A DNA stretch of 64,000 nucleotides. Source: an uncultured Chitinophaga sp. Lineage in GTDB: Bacteria; Bacteroidota; Bacteroidia; Chitinophagales; Chitinophagaceae. The stretch lies in contig CAZSGD010000022.1 in NCBI GenBank assembly GCA_964606155.1, forward strand, positions 9,410-73,409, written 5' to 3'. The stretch's first letter is position 1. Each line of letters begins with the position of its first letter. The notes under the pieces were generated by a model, which was not told the DNA's origin, made no database searches, and saw nothing but the letters and a program-made list of their open reading frames with translations. The translations under genes were made by a program, and so were the position numbers. Positions 9,051 to 18,785 of this stretch are shown piece after piece.

Positions 9051-10319
9051 ATGAAAGCAGTCATTATCGGGGGTGGTATCATCGGTTTAAGTTCAGCCCT
9101 GTACCTCAGGCGTTCGGGCTGGGAAGTAACGGTACTGGACAAAGGGGATTTTAGTGATAATTGCTCTTATGGCAATTGCGGTTATATATGTCCCAGTCAT
9201 TTCATTCCTTTGGCCACACCCGGTATTGTCAGGCAGGGATTGAAATGGATGTGGAACTCCACCAGTCCATTTTATGTACAACCGAGGCTCGACTGGAACC
9301 TGGTCAACTGGGGATTAAAATTCATCCGCAGCGCCACGGCCAATCATGTGGAAACAGCGGCTATCCCTCTCCGTGATATTGCCATCCTCAGTAAAAAAGA
9401 ATATGAATCCTGGCTCACCCTGCCGGACTTTGATTTTGCATATGAGCAGAAGGGGTTGCTGGAAATATTTCAAACAGATGCGGGTGGTGAACATGCCCGG
9501 CACACGGTGGAGAAAGCACATGAACTGGGGCTCAGTGATACGCAACTATTGAATAAGGATGAATTACAGGCCCTGGAACCGCATACAAGAATTAATGGCA
9601 AAGGTGCCATATTATTCAATTGCGATGCTCATTGCTACCCGAATAAACTGATGCAGCAATTGATCGCTTATTTGAAAAAGGAAGGGGTGCAATTGATCCC
9701 ACAGGAAGAAGTAACAGGGTTTGAGAAGCAGGGAAGGAAAGTCAATAAAGTATATACTGCAAACAGTGTAACGGGAGTGCGAAATGTTTTTGAAGGGGAG
9801 GAGATCATTATTGCGACAGGATCGTGGGGAAGGGAAACAGCCCGGTTATTGTCAGTGAGGATACCCTTGATGCCCGGAAGGGGTTATTCCGTAACACTGG
9901 AGGGTTCGCCTTATAAAGTTAATTACCCGGCCGTGTTGCTCGAAGGCCGGGCGGCCATCACTCCCATGGATGGAAATAAGATCCGTTTTGGCGGCACCAT
10001 GGAGATCACTTCGCATAAAACGCCGCCCCGGATGAACAGGGTGCAGGGTATCCTCAATGCGGTAAAACGTTTCTATCCCGAATTTGATGTGCCGCTGCCA
10101 CCTAAAGAAAAAATATGGTATGGGTACAGGCCCTGTTCAGCTGATGGGTTGCCCTACATTGGCCGTGTAAAAAAATATGATAACCTGACGGTGGCCACAG
10201 GCCATTCTATGCTGGGGCTGAGCCTCGGCGCCGGGACAGGCAGGCTCGTGGATGAGATCATCTCGAACAGGGCATTGACGATCCCCATTTCTTCGTATGA
10301 CCCTAACCGTTTTAGTTAA
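9051..10319 (+). CDS. FAD-dependent oxidoreductase, D-amino-acid / D-hydroxyproline dehydrogenase-like
   Basis: N-terminal dinucleotide fold MKAVIIGGGIIGLSSALYL. Length and C-terminal GHSMLGLSLG are typical of the DadA/DAO family. Confidence 0.8.
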   Translation: MKAVIIGGGIIGLSSALYLRRSGWEVTVLDKGDFSDNCSYGNCGYICPSHFIPLATPGIVRQGLKWMWNSTSPFYVQPRLDWNLVNWGLKFIRSATANHVETAAIPLRDIAILSKKEYESWLTLPDFDFAYEQKGLLEIFQTDAGGEHARHTVEKAHELGLSDTQLLNKDELQALEPHTRINGKGAILFNCDAHCYPNKLMQQLIAYLKKEGVQLIPQEEVTGFEKQGRKVNKVYTANSVTGVRNVFEGEEIIIATGSWGRETARLLSVRIPLMPGRGYSVTLEGSPYKVNYPAVLLEGRAAITPMDGNKIRFGGTMEITSHKTPPRMNRVQGILNAVKRFYPEFDVPLPPKEKIWYGYRPCSADGLPYIGRVKKYDNLTVATGHSMLGLSLGAGTGRLVDEIISNRALTIPISSYDPNRFS

Positions 10320-10373
10320 TAACTCTCTCACACTGAGTTAGCAGCTATTTGTATCTTTAATAAAATTGCACGT

Positions 10374-11204
10374 ATGAAAAGAATGATTGTTTTTGTCTCC
10401 CTGCTCCTGATGGTGTTAACGGCTGCAGCTCAAAAGCACCAATTGGTAAAGAAATGGGAAACAGATTCGGTATTCAAAGTACCGGAATCTGTATTGTTTG
10501 ACGATAAGAACCAGGTGCTGTATGTTACCAATATTGATGGTAAAGACCCCTGGGCCCGGGATGGCCAGGGCTCGGTGGGTAAGATAACAGCGGATGGTAA
10601 AGTGATTGCGGTGGATTGGGTAAGCGGGTTGAATGCGCCCAAAGGAATGGGACTTTATAAAGGGAAACTGTATGTGGCCGATATGAGCGACCTGGTGGTG
10701 ATTGATGTGCAGAAAGGAAGTATCGAAAAAAATATTACGGTCCCCATGGCTATGGGTTTAAATGATGTGACGATTGATAAAGACGGGGTAGTATATGTTT
10801 CGGATTCCAAAACAAAAAGAGTGTACCGGGTAAAGGATGAAAAAGGTGAAATATATCTTGATAGCCTCAAGGGGCCTAACGGCCTGCTGATGCACGGGGA
10901 TGATCTGTATGTGCTGGATGCCGGGTCTATGCTGAGATTGAATAAGGACAAGACAATGACCATGATCACGGATGGCATGGTGGGCGGTACCGATGGTATT
11001 GAAAATGTAAAAGGAAAGGAATATATCATTTCCTGCTGGGCGGGGGTGATGTATTATGTGAACGAGGATGGCACCAAAGAAATGATACTGGACGGCAGGC
11101 CTGATAAAAAAAACAGCGCTGATATCGGTTTTGATGCAAAAACAAAAACTGTCTTTGTGCCGACCTTTTGGAGAAATTCCGTGGTGGCTTACGAAGTAAA
11201 ATAA
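10374..11204 (+). CDS. secreted beta-propeller-like protein (possibly SMP-30/gluconolactonase/LRE-like)
   Basis: Signal peptide. Repeated motifs of the type LYVTN, LYVAD, VYVSD and LYVLD are spaced about 45 aa apart. Confidence 0.5.
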   Translation: MKRMIVFVSLLLMVLTAAAQKHQLVKKWETDSVFKVPESVLFDDKNQVLYVTNIDGKDPWARDGQGSVGKITADGKVIAVDWVSGLNAPKGMGLYKGKLYVADMSDLVVIDVQKGSIEKNITVPMAMGLNDVTIDKDGVVYVSDSKTKRVYRVKDEKGEIYLDSLKGPNGLLMHGDDLYVLDAGSMLRLNKDKTMTMITDGMVGGTDGIENVKGKEYIISCWAGVMYYVNEDGTKEMILDGRPDKKNSADIGFDAKTKTVFVPTFWRNSVVAYEVK

Positions 11205-11368
11205 TGAAATTGCTGCATGCGAAAATGACTAAAGGGGGAATAGAGAGATACATTTCGTTTAAGCTGTTGGCCCGGGGCCTATAGAATCTGGAGGCGGTCA
11301 ACCAAAGGAACGTTAATTTTGCCCGGCGGGTTTTATATAAGCCCGGGTCTTTTTACTTTTATTGTTCT

Positions 11369-12970
11369 ATGGATTGTATATCTACCCGACTACCTTACCG
11401 GCAAACGAATGCTTTTTCCAAAACGGCTTTGGATTATATCGACCAGGCGCCTGCCCTCCGTTCCTTTTATGCACAGCTGCCATCCCTGCAGGGTATTCAA
11501 AAAGCCATTGAAGCACATCTGCCTTTTAAGACCCCAAGAGAAATACTGGTGAAAGAGCTGCAAAAACAGTACGAAACGGTGAAGACAGCTGAGCGGGTAC
11601 AAAAGAATATACAATTATTATCTTCTGCCAATACCTTCACGATCACTACAGCGCACCAGAATAATATATTTACCGGCCCCTTGTATTTTATCTATAAGAT
11701 CATTCATGCCATTAAGCTGGCCGATCATTTAAAAGCATCATTGCCGCAATACGATTTTGTTCCGGTCTATTATATCGGTTCCGAGGATGCCGACCTGGAT
11801 GAACTCAATCATATTCACCTGGGGGGTGAGAAACTGGTATGGAATACGAAACAGAGCGGCGCCGTGGGAAGAATGAAAGTGGATAAGGAACTGGTGAAGC
11901 TGATCGGGCAGATGGAAGGACAGCTGACTGTTTTGCCTCACGGCGGCGAGGTCATTTCATTATTCAAACAATATTATACAGAAGGGGCGAACATTCAGCA
12001 AGCCACTTTTGGATTGGTGAATGAACTGTTTGGCCAATATGGTTTGATCGTGTTACTGCCGGATAATGCTGTACTGAAAAAGCAAATGGTGTCGGTGTTC
12101 GAAGATGATCTGCTGCACCAGGCAGCGTCGGGCATCGTGGAGCAATCGGCCCATCGTTTGGCTAATGCCGGTTATAAAGTACAGGCCAACCCCAGGGAGA
12201 TCAATTTATTTTATTTGAAAGATGATATCCGCGAAAGGATCGAATGGAAGAAGGATAAATTCTCGGTTGTCAATACACGTTTATCCTTTTCAAAGGAACA
12301 AATGCTCGAAGAGCTTCGTGCAAACCCGGAGCGGTTTAGTCCTAATGTGATATTAAGAGGTTTATACCAGGAAACGATATTGCCGAATCTTGTATTCATT
12401 GGTGGCGGTGGAGAAACTGCTTACTGGCTCCAGTTGAAAGACCTGTTTGATCATTATAAAATACCTTTTCCGGTGCTGGTGTTGCGTAATTCATTTTTGA
12501 TCACAGAAAAAAAATGGAAAGAGCGTGCCACTCATATTGGGTTTAATACAGAAGACCTTTTTTTAGGTGAGCGGGAATTGCTCAACCGCCTGGTGGAAAA
12601 GGAGAGCAGGAATGAAACAAAACTCAATGGTTCATTGTCGGAACTGGAGCAAATGTATGATGCTTTTAAAAAGCAGGCTTCGGCAGTTGACACTACTTTG
12701 GAAAAACATGTGGAGGCGCTGAAGTCACAAACCGTGTACCGGTTGCAGGAACTGGAGAAAAAAATGCTGCGGGCAGAAAAAAGAAAATATGCCGATCAGC
12801 AGCGCCAAATACAAACATTATTATCTCATTTATTCCCTGGTGGCGGTTTGCAGGAGCGTTATGAGAACCTCAGTTATTATTATGCCAAATGGGGGAAAGA
12901 CTTCCTTCAAAAATTATACGACCATTCATTGGCACTGGAACAGGAGTTTGTGCTCCTTGCTGAGACCTGA
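11369..12970 (+). CDS. bshC: bacillithiol biosynthesis cysteine-adding enzyme BshC
   Basis: 533 aa. The N-terminus MDCISTRLPYRQTNAFSKTALDYIDQ...LRSFY matches my recollection of BshC (YllA) family N-termini. A coiled-coil tail is present. Confidence 0.8.
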   Translation: MDCISTRLPYRQTNAFSKTALDYIDQAPALRSFYAQLPSLQGIQKAIEAHLPFKTPREILVKELQKQYETVKTAERVQKNIQLLSSANTFTITTAHQNNIFTGPLYFIYKIIHAIKLADHLKASLPQYDFVPVYYIGSEDADLDELNHIHLGGEKLVWNTKQSGAVGRMKVDKELVKLIGQMEGQLTVLPHGGEVISLFKQYYTEGANIQQATFGLVNELFGQYGLIVLLPDNAVLKKQMVSVFEDDLLHQAASGIVEQSAHRLANAGYKVQANPREINLFYLKDDIRERIEWKKDKFSVVNTRLSFSKEQMLEELRANPERFSPNVILRGLYQETILPNLVFIGGGGETAYWLQLKDLFDHYKIPFPVLVLRNSFLITEKKWKERATHIGFNTEDLFLGERELLNRLVEKESRNETKLNGSLSELEQMYDAFKKQASAVDTTLEKHVEALKSQTVYRLQELEKKMLRAEKRKYADQQRQIQTLLSHLFPGGGLQERYENLSYYYAKWGKDFLQKLYDHSLALEQEFVLLAET

Positions 12971-12974
12971 TCAT

Positions 12975-15164
12975 CTATCTTTTCCTTACATAGAGATTTA
13001 GCGTGAACGCATTTCTTTTCAATGAGGAAAGAGCATTAGCATACACCGTTCCGCCGCTCTCCTGCATATTGCTCAGACCCTGTGTATATTTTACTTCAGG
13101 TGAAAGGATCAAACCTGCTTTGCGTATTTCGATATCCACTCCCAATCCGGCATCGGCAAGAAAGGCTGTACTCTTTAAGGGAAGCAATTCAGCCGATTCT
13201 GTATTCTGCTTTATCAAATAGCTGAAGGAAGGACCAATCGAAAAGAAAGGAGCGACCTTATTCGTTGATAAACGGAATACGATAGGTGCGGACAGGCTGG
13301 CGATCACATTATCCAGTCGAACAGTTTCAAAGAAAGTATTGCCGGCAGTAGGCCTGCGCTCAAACACCACATCACCGCCTTCAAAAGAAAGTTGTGTGGA
13401 GGGACGTATGGAAACATTTTCGCTCAACCCCACCTGGTAAATAAGGCCCAGGGCCAGTGCAGGACGGTTTTCGCCGGTAACACCCACAATATTACTGTTA
13501 GGGTTAGCCGCACGGGAAGGCTGTGATTTATTGAGTCCGCCTGCTACCACGATGCCAAAACTGTTTTTGAAACGCGGCCGCGGTACTTGTTTCCCGGGTT
13601 CTTCCGGTCTTGAGGTCAGTGCTTTTTGAACCAATGCTAAAGTTGCCAGCGCACAGTTCCATTTAGGCGCCGTTTTCGTTGCCTTATCTGCATAATACCT
13701 GGCACTGTCCGGGTTATTGTTTTCCAGATGAAGTAGTGCCAGTTTGTTTTGAATATAAGCTCCATTTGGATGAACAGCTAAGGCTGCATAAGCATATTGA
13801 AAAGCGTCAGCGGTTGGCCCGTTTTTACCGGAAGTACCAAAATCACCACAGGCTTTCAGGAAATACATCTGTCCCATCAGTGACGCGGCGAAATCGGGCT
13901 CCTCTTCCCGCATCAGTTGGATGGCTTTTTCCAAATGGGCGGCGAGTTCAAAATCATTTTGTTTTCCTTTGGTGGAAACATCACCCATGCAATCGAGATA
14001 GAGATTCATTCTTGCCTGTGCACCGTTGATGAATTCAGCGGCCAGCGTGGTCTTTGCATCTAACGTGTAGGGATTGCCGGGAAATTTCTTATTGAGCTGG
14101 AGAAAATATTCTTCGGCAGAGGAGGGGCCGCTGAGGTTCCTTCGGTTCACTTCCTGGTAAAACTTATTGTACGTTTCCATCAGCAGGGTGTCGGCAGTCA
14201 GCGAATATGTATAACGGTTATGGATACCCGAAAAAGCATCGCCAGCCCGGCTTTTTTGTTTTTCTTTTATCCACCGGGCAAGGTAAGTGGTATCCACGGT
14301 CCCCACGATCTTACTGCTGTTCTCATTGCAGCAAAAATAGGGTTGTTGCTGGCGGCGAAACCGCTGCTGTGCGATGGTGGGCACATTATTGTCCACATAG
14401 GCACGTATCTCCTCCAGCGTAATTTTTTGATCGGGGTTCCGGGCATTGTCGGCCATACCGCTGAGCCCGTCCACCAGGTACCAGGTAAAAAGCCCGTGCC
14501 CGCTTCCGATAGAAGCATCTTCCAGCGACTCCTGCCCTGCAGCAGCAGCCAGCATCATCACTTCGCCCACTTTTTTCTGTGATATAGCGGTATTCAAAAA
14601 ATTCAATCCTTCTGCGCCACCAGGTAATTCATTGCTTCGGCAGGCATCCATGATAAAATATACTTCCACACCCTTGGTGGTCTCGGCCGCGATCTTCTTT
14701 TTCAGGTTGAACAGCTGGATGGCGCCCCCACTCAGATAACTGTTCTTGTCGCCACCGGGATTACAATCAAACGTGAGGAAAAAGAACTGGTCTTCGTCGA
14801 TCGCATCCCCATGTCCGGCCAGGTAAATGAATAATTTATCTCCTTTACGGAGTTGTTTGGCATTTAACCATTGAAAACCCTTGGTCCAGAATGTGGAATT
14901 AAGCGCCTTATCATTCAATAAGCAAAAGATGTTTTCTTCCTTTACGCCACCACCACCCGGCGATTTCAGGTAATCGCGGAATAACTCTGCATCCTTATCG
15001 GCAAAATTCAGCGGACGAACATAACGGTATTTGGAGATGCCCACGATCATCGCGAAGGTCTGGGGGCCCTTGATCGTCGAGTCCCTCATTTTGAGAGGAG
15101 TTTGTGCTGCCCCGTTGAATGGACAGGTCAATAAAAAGAGGATCAAGGCAAAGATCGTTCTCAT
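12975..15164 (-). CDS. caspase-family (peptidase C14) protein with TPR-like middle region and C-terminal outer-membrane beta-barrel-like domain
   Basis: Signal peptide. Catalytic dyad context YLAGHGD and FIMDACRSN. The last ~200 aa show alternating hydrophobic beta-strand patterns. Confidence 0.75.
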   Translation of the reverse strand: MRTIFALILFLLTCPFNGAAQTPLKMRDSTIKGPQTFAMIVGISKYRYVRPLNFADKDAELFRDYLKSPGGGGVKEENIFCLLNDKALNSTFWTKGFQWLNAKQLRKGDKLFIYLAGHGDAIDEDQFFFLTFDCNPGGDKNSYLSGGAIQLFNLKKKIAAETTKGVEVYFIMDACRSNELPGGAEGLNFLNTAISQKKVGEVMMLAAAAGQESLEDASIGSGHGLFTWYLVDGLSGMADNARNPDQKITLEEIRAYVDNNVPTIAQQRFRRQQQPYFCCNENSSKIVGTVDTTYLARWIKEKQKSRAGDAFSGIHNRYTYSLTADTLLMETYNKFYQEVNRRNLSGPSSAEEYFLQLNKKFPGNPYTLDAKTTLAAEFINGAQARMNLYLDCMGDVSTKGKQNDFELAAHLEKAIQLMREEEPDFAASLMGQMYFLKACGDFGTSGKNGPTADAFQYAYAALAVHPNGAYIQNKLALLHLENNNPDSARYYADKATKTAPKWNCALATLALVQKALTSRPEEPGKQVPRPRFKNSFGIVVAGGLNKSQPSRAANPNSNIVGVTGENRPALALGLIYQVGLSENVSIRPSTQLSFEGGDVVFERRPTAGNTFFETVRLDNVIASLSAPIVFRLSTNKVAPFFSIGPSFSYLIKQNTESAELLPLKSTAFLADAGLGVDIEIRKAGLILSPEVKYTQGLSNMQESGGTVYANALSSLKRNAFTLNLYVRKR

Positions 15165-15370
15165 GCATTCGTTTTTGCAAATGGGTGAAGATTAGGTAGT
15201 GGTCAAGTTTGACTTATCATTTCACGCCAGGACGCTAATGTCCGCATAGACGTAAAAGGAAATAAGCGGATAAAAAGCACCTTTGCGGCTTTTCGGGAAA
15301 CCAAAATTGACAATTACCGGGATTACAGTTGGTTGCTTAGGTAAAATACAAATTTCCTGTAATATTTACC

Positions 15371-16300
15371 TCAATCCTTTTCCACGATCATCTTGAACAG
15401 GGTGCTGCTGCCATTATCATTATCAGCAGCTAACACAAGATGAAGGAAATGCCTGGTTTCTTTCAAAATGCAAACAGATTCTATTTTTTGGCCCTTGAAG
15501 CGGGGGTCTGTTTCTTCGAGGTCGATGATACGATTGGGATTGATAGCGGCCCATCTTTTCTTGGAGGAAATACTTTTCACGATCCAGAGATAACTTTTGC
15601 CGATCGTACCATCTTCATAACTGCTTTTGGTGTCTTCGGTGGAAACGGTGAGGATCAACTGGTCGCTTTTAACCGAGTAAGCAAGTCCGGATACTCCCTG
15701 GAAAAGACTGCTGTCATACTGGACCCCGATGCGGACCACAGAGAGCGGGGAAGACAACGGGTTGGTCCAAAAGAAAGGATGCGCAAAAATGAGATGGTTC
15801 CTGGGATGGGTTTTATTGCCGCGGTTGGAGAGCAGCATCTGGCCGGGTATCAAACAGGCCCCTTCTATATTGAGGTCTTTAACATCGTTCACCTGTAACC
15901 GTTGGTAAAATGTATCCAGCCGGATGCTGTCGGTCTTTTGGGTGGCAGGGTCCAGGATCCAGCCCATATTACGGTAAGGGCTAACCGAACCAGACCCCAG
16001 CAGCAATATTCTTTTACGGGGGATGACCGTCATCGCTTCCAGGTCGGGTTTGATGGCCCTGGGTATCTTTTTTTGGGCATAAGCATAAAGCGGGATGGAA
16101 TCGGTCAATGCAAGGTTGCTGTCAAGCACAAGTATATTCTTGGCATCATCGCCGATCACGTATAGTTTACCATCATAAAATTCAATACCGGAAGCAGAGG
16201 GATAATCGGGGAGGGGTTTGATCTCCCGGAGCTCCGTGGTATTATGATGACAGGAAAAAAGGAAAAGGGATAGCGCTATTGATAGTAGTAGCCTGTACAT
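15371..16300 (-). CDS. hypothetical lipoprotein
   Basis: Lipobox LFLFSC. No recognised catalytic motif. Confidence 0.6.
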   Translation of the reverse strand: MYRLLLSIALSLFLFSCHHNTTELREIKPLPDYPSASGIEFYDGKLYVIGDDAKNILVLDSNLALTDSIPLYAYAQKKIPRAIKPDLEAMTVIPRKRILLLGSGSVSPYRNMGWILDPATQKTDSIRLDTFYQRLQVNDVKDLNIEGACLIPGQMLLSNRGNKTHPRNHLIFAHPFFWTNPLSSPLSVVRIGVQYDSSLFQGVSGLAYSVKSDQLILTVSTEDTKSSYEDGTIGKSYLWIVKSISSKKRWAAINPNRIIDLEETDPRFKGQKIESVCILKETRHFLHLVLAADNDNGSSTLFKMIVEKD

Positions 16301-16314
16301 CAGTTATGCGTTCA

Positions 16315-16827
16315 TCAGTCAAACTTATTTTCCCAGCCTTCTTTTTTCAGCTTCTCCACTTTTTCAATCACTTCATTATTCAGGCTGTTTTTATAATCGG
16401 CCACTTTTTTAGAAATCGCCTCATCGGCAGTACCTAAAATTTCAGCCGCAAGTATACCGGCATTTTTCGCCGCATTCAGCGCCACGGTACCCACAGGCAC
16501 ACCATTGGGCATTTGTAAGATGGACAGCACAGAGTCCCATCCATCGATAGAGTTAGAAGATTTGATAGGAACCCCAATGACCGGCAAAGTAGTCACGGCG
16601 GCAACCATACCCGGAAGATGTGCGGCGCCACCGGCCCCCGCGATAATCACTTTCAGTCCCCTTTCCTTTGCTTTTTGTGCATATTCGATCATGCGGTGAG
16701 GCGTGCGGTGCGCCGAAACCACCGTCACTTCATGCGAAATACCGAATTGTTTCAGGATATCAGCTGCGGCCTGCATGATGTTCAGATCGCTGTCGCTGCC
16801 CATAATAATACCAATCAATGGAGACAT
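16315..16827 (-). CDS. purE: 5-(carboxyamino)imidazole ribonucleotide mutase PurE
   Basis: [11 protein letters not shown] and [12 protein letters not shown] prefer the internal ATG at 16827 (MSPLIGII...), because the upstream 20 codons of the track ORF run through the inverted-repeat arm. Confidence 0.9.
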   Translation of the reverse strand: MSPLIGIIMGSDSDLNIMQAAADILKQFGISHEVTVVSAHRTPHRMIEYAQKAKERGLKVIIAGAGGAAHLPGMVAAVTTLPVIGVPIKSSNSIDGWDSVLSILQMPNGVPVGTVALNAAKNAGILAAEILGTADEAISKKVADYKNSLNNEVIEKVEKLKKEGWENKFD

Positions 16828-16832
16828 TGTTT

Positions 16833-16864
16833 GTTTATGGTTTTTGGTTTTGGGTTTATCGTTA
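16833..16864. repeat. left arm of a 32-nt imperfect inverted repeat flanking the four-helix-bundle gene
   Basis: gtttatggtttttggttttgggtttatcgtta matches the reverse complement of 17405-17436 at 28 of 32 positions. Confidence 0.85.
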
Positions 16865-16886
16865 CGAACCTCACTAAAGATTGTCA

Positions 16887-17285
16887 CTACTTCCTTCCTT
16901 TGAATTTCAGACCTTTTATTTCGGCTGCATTCAAATACTTGACGAAGTTGGCGATTTTTTTTGAAAGCTTATCAGCAATTTCATACAGCTCTTCAAACTC
17001 GGCTTTGGAAATATATTTATCGTCTGACAACCTGTACAGTTGCGATTTGACCTCACCACATTCTCCTTTAGCAATACTAAGGGAGTTCAGAAATTCAAGA
17101 CGGCTGTTCCTTTCAAACCCCTCAGCTGTATTATCCATAGTTGAGCCGGCTGCAGACTTAATTTGTTCCGCAAAACGATACTCTTTGTTCTTTCTGAGCC
17201 TTTCTGCAATGGGAGATATCTTACTGTAAAGCTCTCTTGCTAATTTCCATATTTCAAGATCTTCAAAGCGATGTATTGTTGCCAT
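16887..17285 (-). CDS. four-helix-bundle protein (23S rRNA intervening-sequence protein family)
   Basis: [23 protein letters not shown]... and [11 protein letters not shown] are typical of this family. Confidence 0.85.
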   Translation of the reverse strand: MATIHRFEDLEIWKLARELYSKISPIAERLRKNKEYRFAEQIKSAAGSTMDNTAEGFERNSRLEFLNSLSIAKGECGEVKSQLYRLSDDKYISKAEFEELYEIADKLSKKIANFVKYLNAAEIKGLKFKGRK

Positions 17286-17404
17286 AGTAAGTAAGGATTA
17301 CCCGCCAAACTTAAAGCAATTTCAAATACATATTAGTAGTGAATAATATATTTATTTGGTCTTAGATGAAACAACAAAATTGTAATGACTGATCTGCCGG
17401 GAGA

Positions 17405-17436
17405 TAACGATAAACTAAAAACAATAAACCATAAAC
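17405..17436. repeat. right arm of the 32-nt imperfect inverted repeat
   Basis: taacgataaactaaaaacaataaaccataaac. It lies 14 nt downstream of the TolC-like stop codon on the minus strand. Confidence 0.85.
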
Positions 17437-17450
17437 CCCAGGTTATAAAC

Positions 17451-18785
17451 TTACTTCACGAGATCTCCTTTCAAACGCATCAACTCCGTTTCCGCCAGTT
17501 TCGTATTGTATCGTGCGGAAATCAGCCTCGTTTGCGCATCCTGCAAACTTTTCTGCGCTTCTTTCAATTGTATCAGGGTGGTGGAATTGAGCCGGTACAC
17601 CTGTAAAACGATATCAACATTTTCCCTGGCCAGCAGGATATTCTCTTCTTCCAAAGCCAGTGCTTTTTTCTGCCGTTCATAATTCATAAAAGCATTCATC
17701 ACGGCCAGGCTGATCAGGGAACGCTGATTATCGTATACCAGTTGCTGGTACCGGATATCCAGTTCCGCCTGCCGTATCTGCCGCTTTACAGTAAAATTAT
17801 TCAGGATAGGTATAGTGGCAGTGAAGCCGTAGTTAAACCCCTTGTTGCGATTGAATAAGGTGGAGAAGGAATTGATCACCGCCTTGTTGTTGGTACGGCT
17901 AAAATTATAAGCTGAGTTAAAAGAAATAATTGGAAAACGGTCCGCCTTTCTTTCTTTTAGGGTAAGCCCGGCAATATCGATATTCTTTTGAGCGATCAGC
18001 AGGGAAGGGTTATTTTTCTCTGCCTCTGTTAACAGGTCGCCCAATGATAAGGTCGTGTTGATCGGAATAGAATCGCTGACATCGTACATGCTTTTATCCT
18101 TTACGTTCATCAGTTGGTTCAACTGGTCTTTTAATTGAGCGATCTGCGTTTGCTGTTCCAGTTGCAATGCTTTTTGTGCATTCAGGTCCACTTTGCTTTG
18201 CAATACATCCGGTTTGGCGCCCACGCCGATATCCAGTTTGTATTGTGCCAGCTTTACCCTTTCTTCATTGATCGATATCTGCTCTTCAATGGCTTTCAGT
18301 TGTTGTTTTTGCTGCACAATGCTGTAGTAAGTGATAATAACATCCGCTACAGTGTTTACCAATTGGTTCTTGATGCCCAATTCTCCCAGTTGTACAAATT
18401 CGGCCGCTTTATCCCGGGTGGCAAACATTTTCAGTCCATCGAATAATGTCCAGTTCAGGGCCAGTTGGGTATTAATATTATTGGATTTCAGGCCATCACT
18501 TTCACGTTTTGTACCATCTGATAATACCTGTTTTACATCGTTATTATTCCATACCGCTCCCGCTGTTGCATTGAGGCGGGGGATAAAACCTGCATTTTTA
18601 TAGGAATAATCGATTGCAGCAGCAGCAGAGTCGTTCCTGGATAAAAGGATATCATAATTATTTTGCAGGGCAGTAGCAATAGCTTCTTCCAGGGTCAGGG
18701 CCTTTTGTGCGTCCGCAGCCGTATGAATCATTAGCAATAAAGGGAAAATCAAACTTTTCATCATGTTAAAGCCGTATTTATGCAT
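17451..18785 (-). CDS. TolC-family outer membrane efflux protein
   Basis: Signal peptide and the two-repeat coiled/beta architecture typical of TolC/OprM. The start is ambiguous (18785, or the MMKS at 18764/18761); 18785 overlaps the RND stop by 8 nt. Confidence 0.85.
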   Translation of the reverse strand: MHKYGFNMMKSLIFPLLLMIHTAADAQKALTLEEAIATALQNNYDILLSRNDSAAAAIDYSYKNAGFIPRLNATAGAVWNNNDVKQVLSDGTKRESDGLKSNNINTQLALNWTLFDGLKMFATRDKAAEFVQLGELGIKNQLVNTVADVIITYYSIVQQKQQLKAIEEQISINEERVKLAQYKLDIGVGAKPDVLQSKVDLNAQKALQLEQQTQIAQLKDQLNQLMNVKDKSMYDVSDSIPINTTLSLGDLLTEAEKNNPSLLIAQKNIDIAGLTLKERKADRFPIISFNSAYNFSRTNNKAVINSFSTLFNRNKGFNYGFTATIPILNNFTVKRQIRQAELDIRYQQLVYDNQRSLISLAVMNAFMNYERQKKALALEEENILLARENVDIVLQVYRLNSTTLIQLKEAQKSLQDAQTRLISARYNTKLAETELMRLKGDLVK

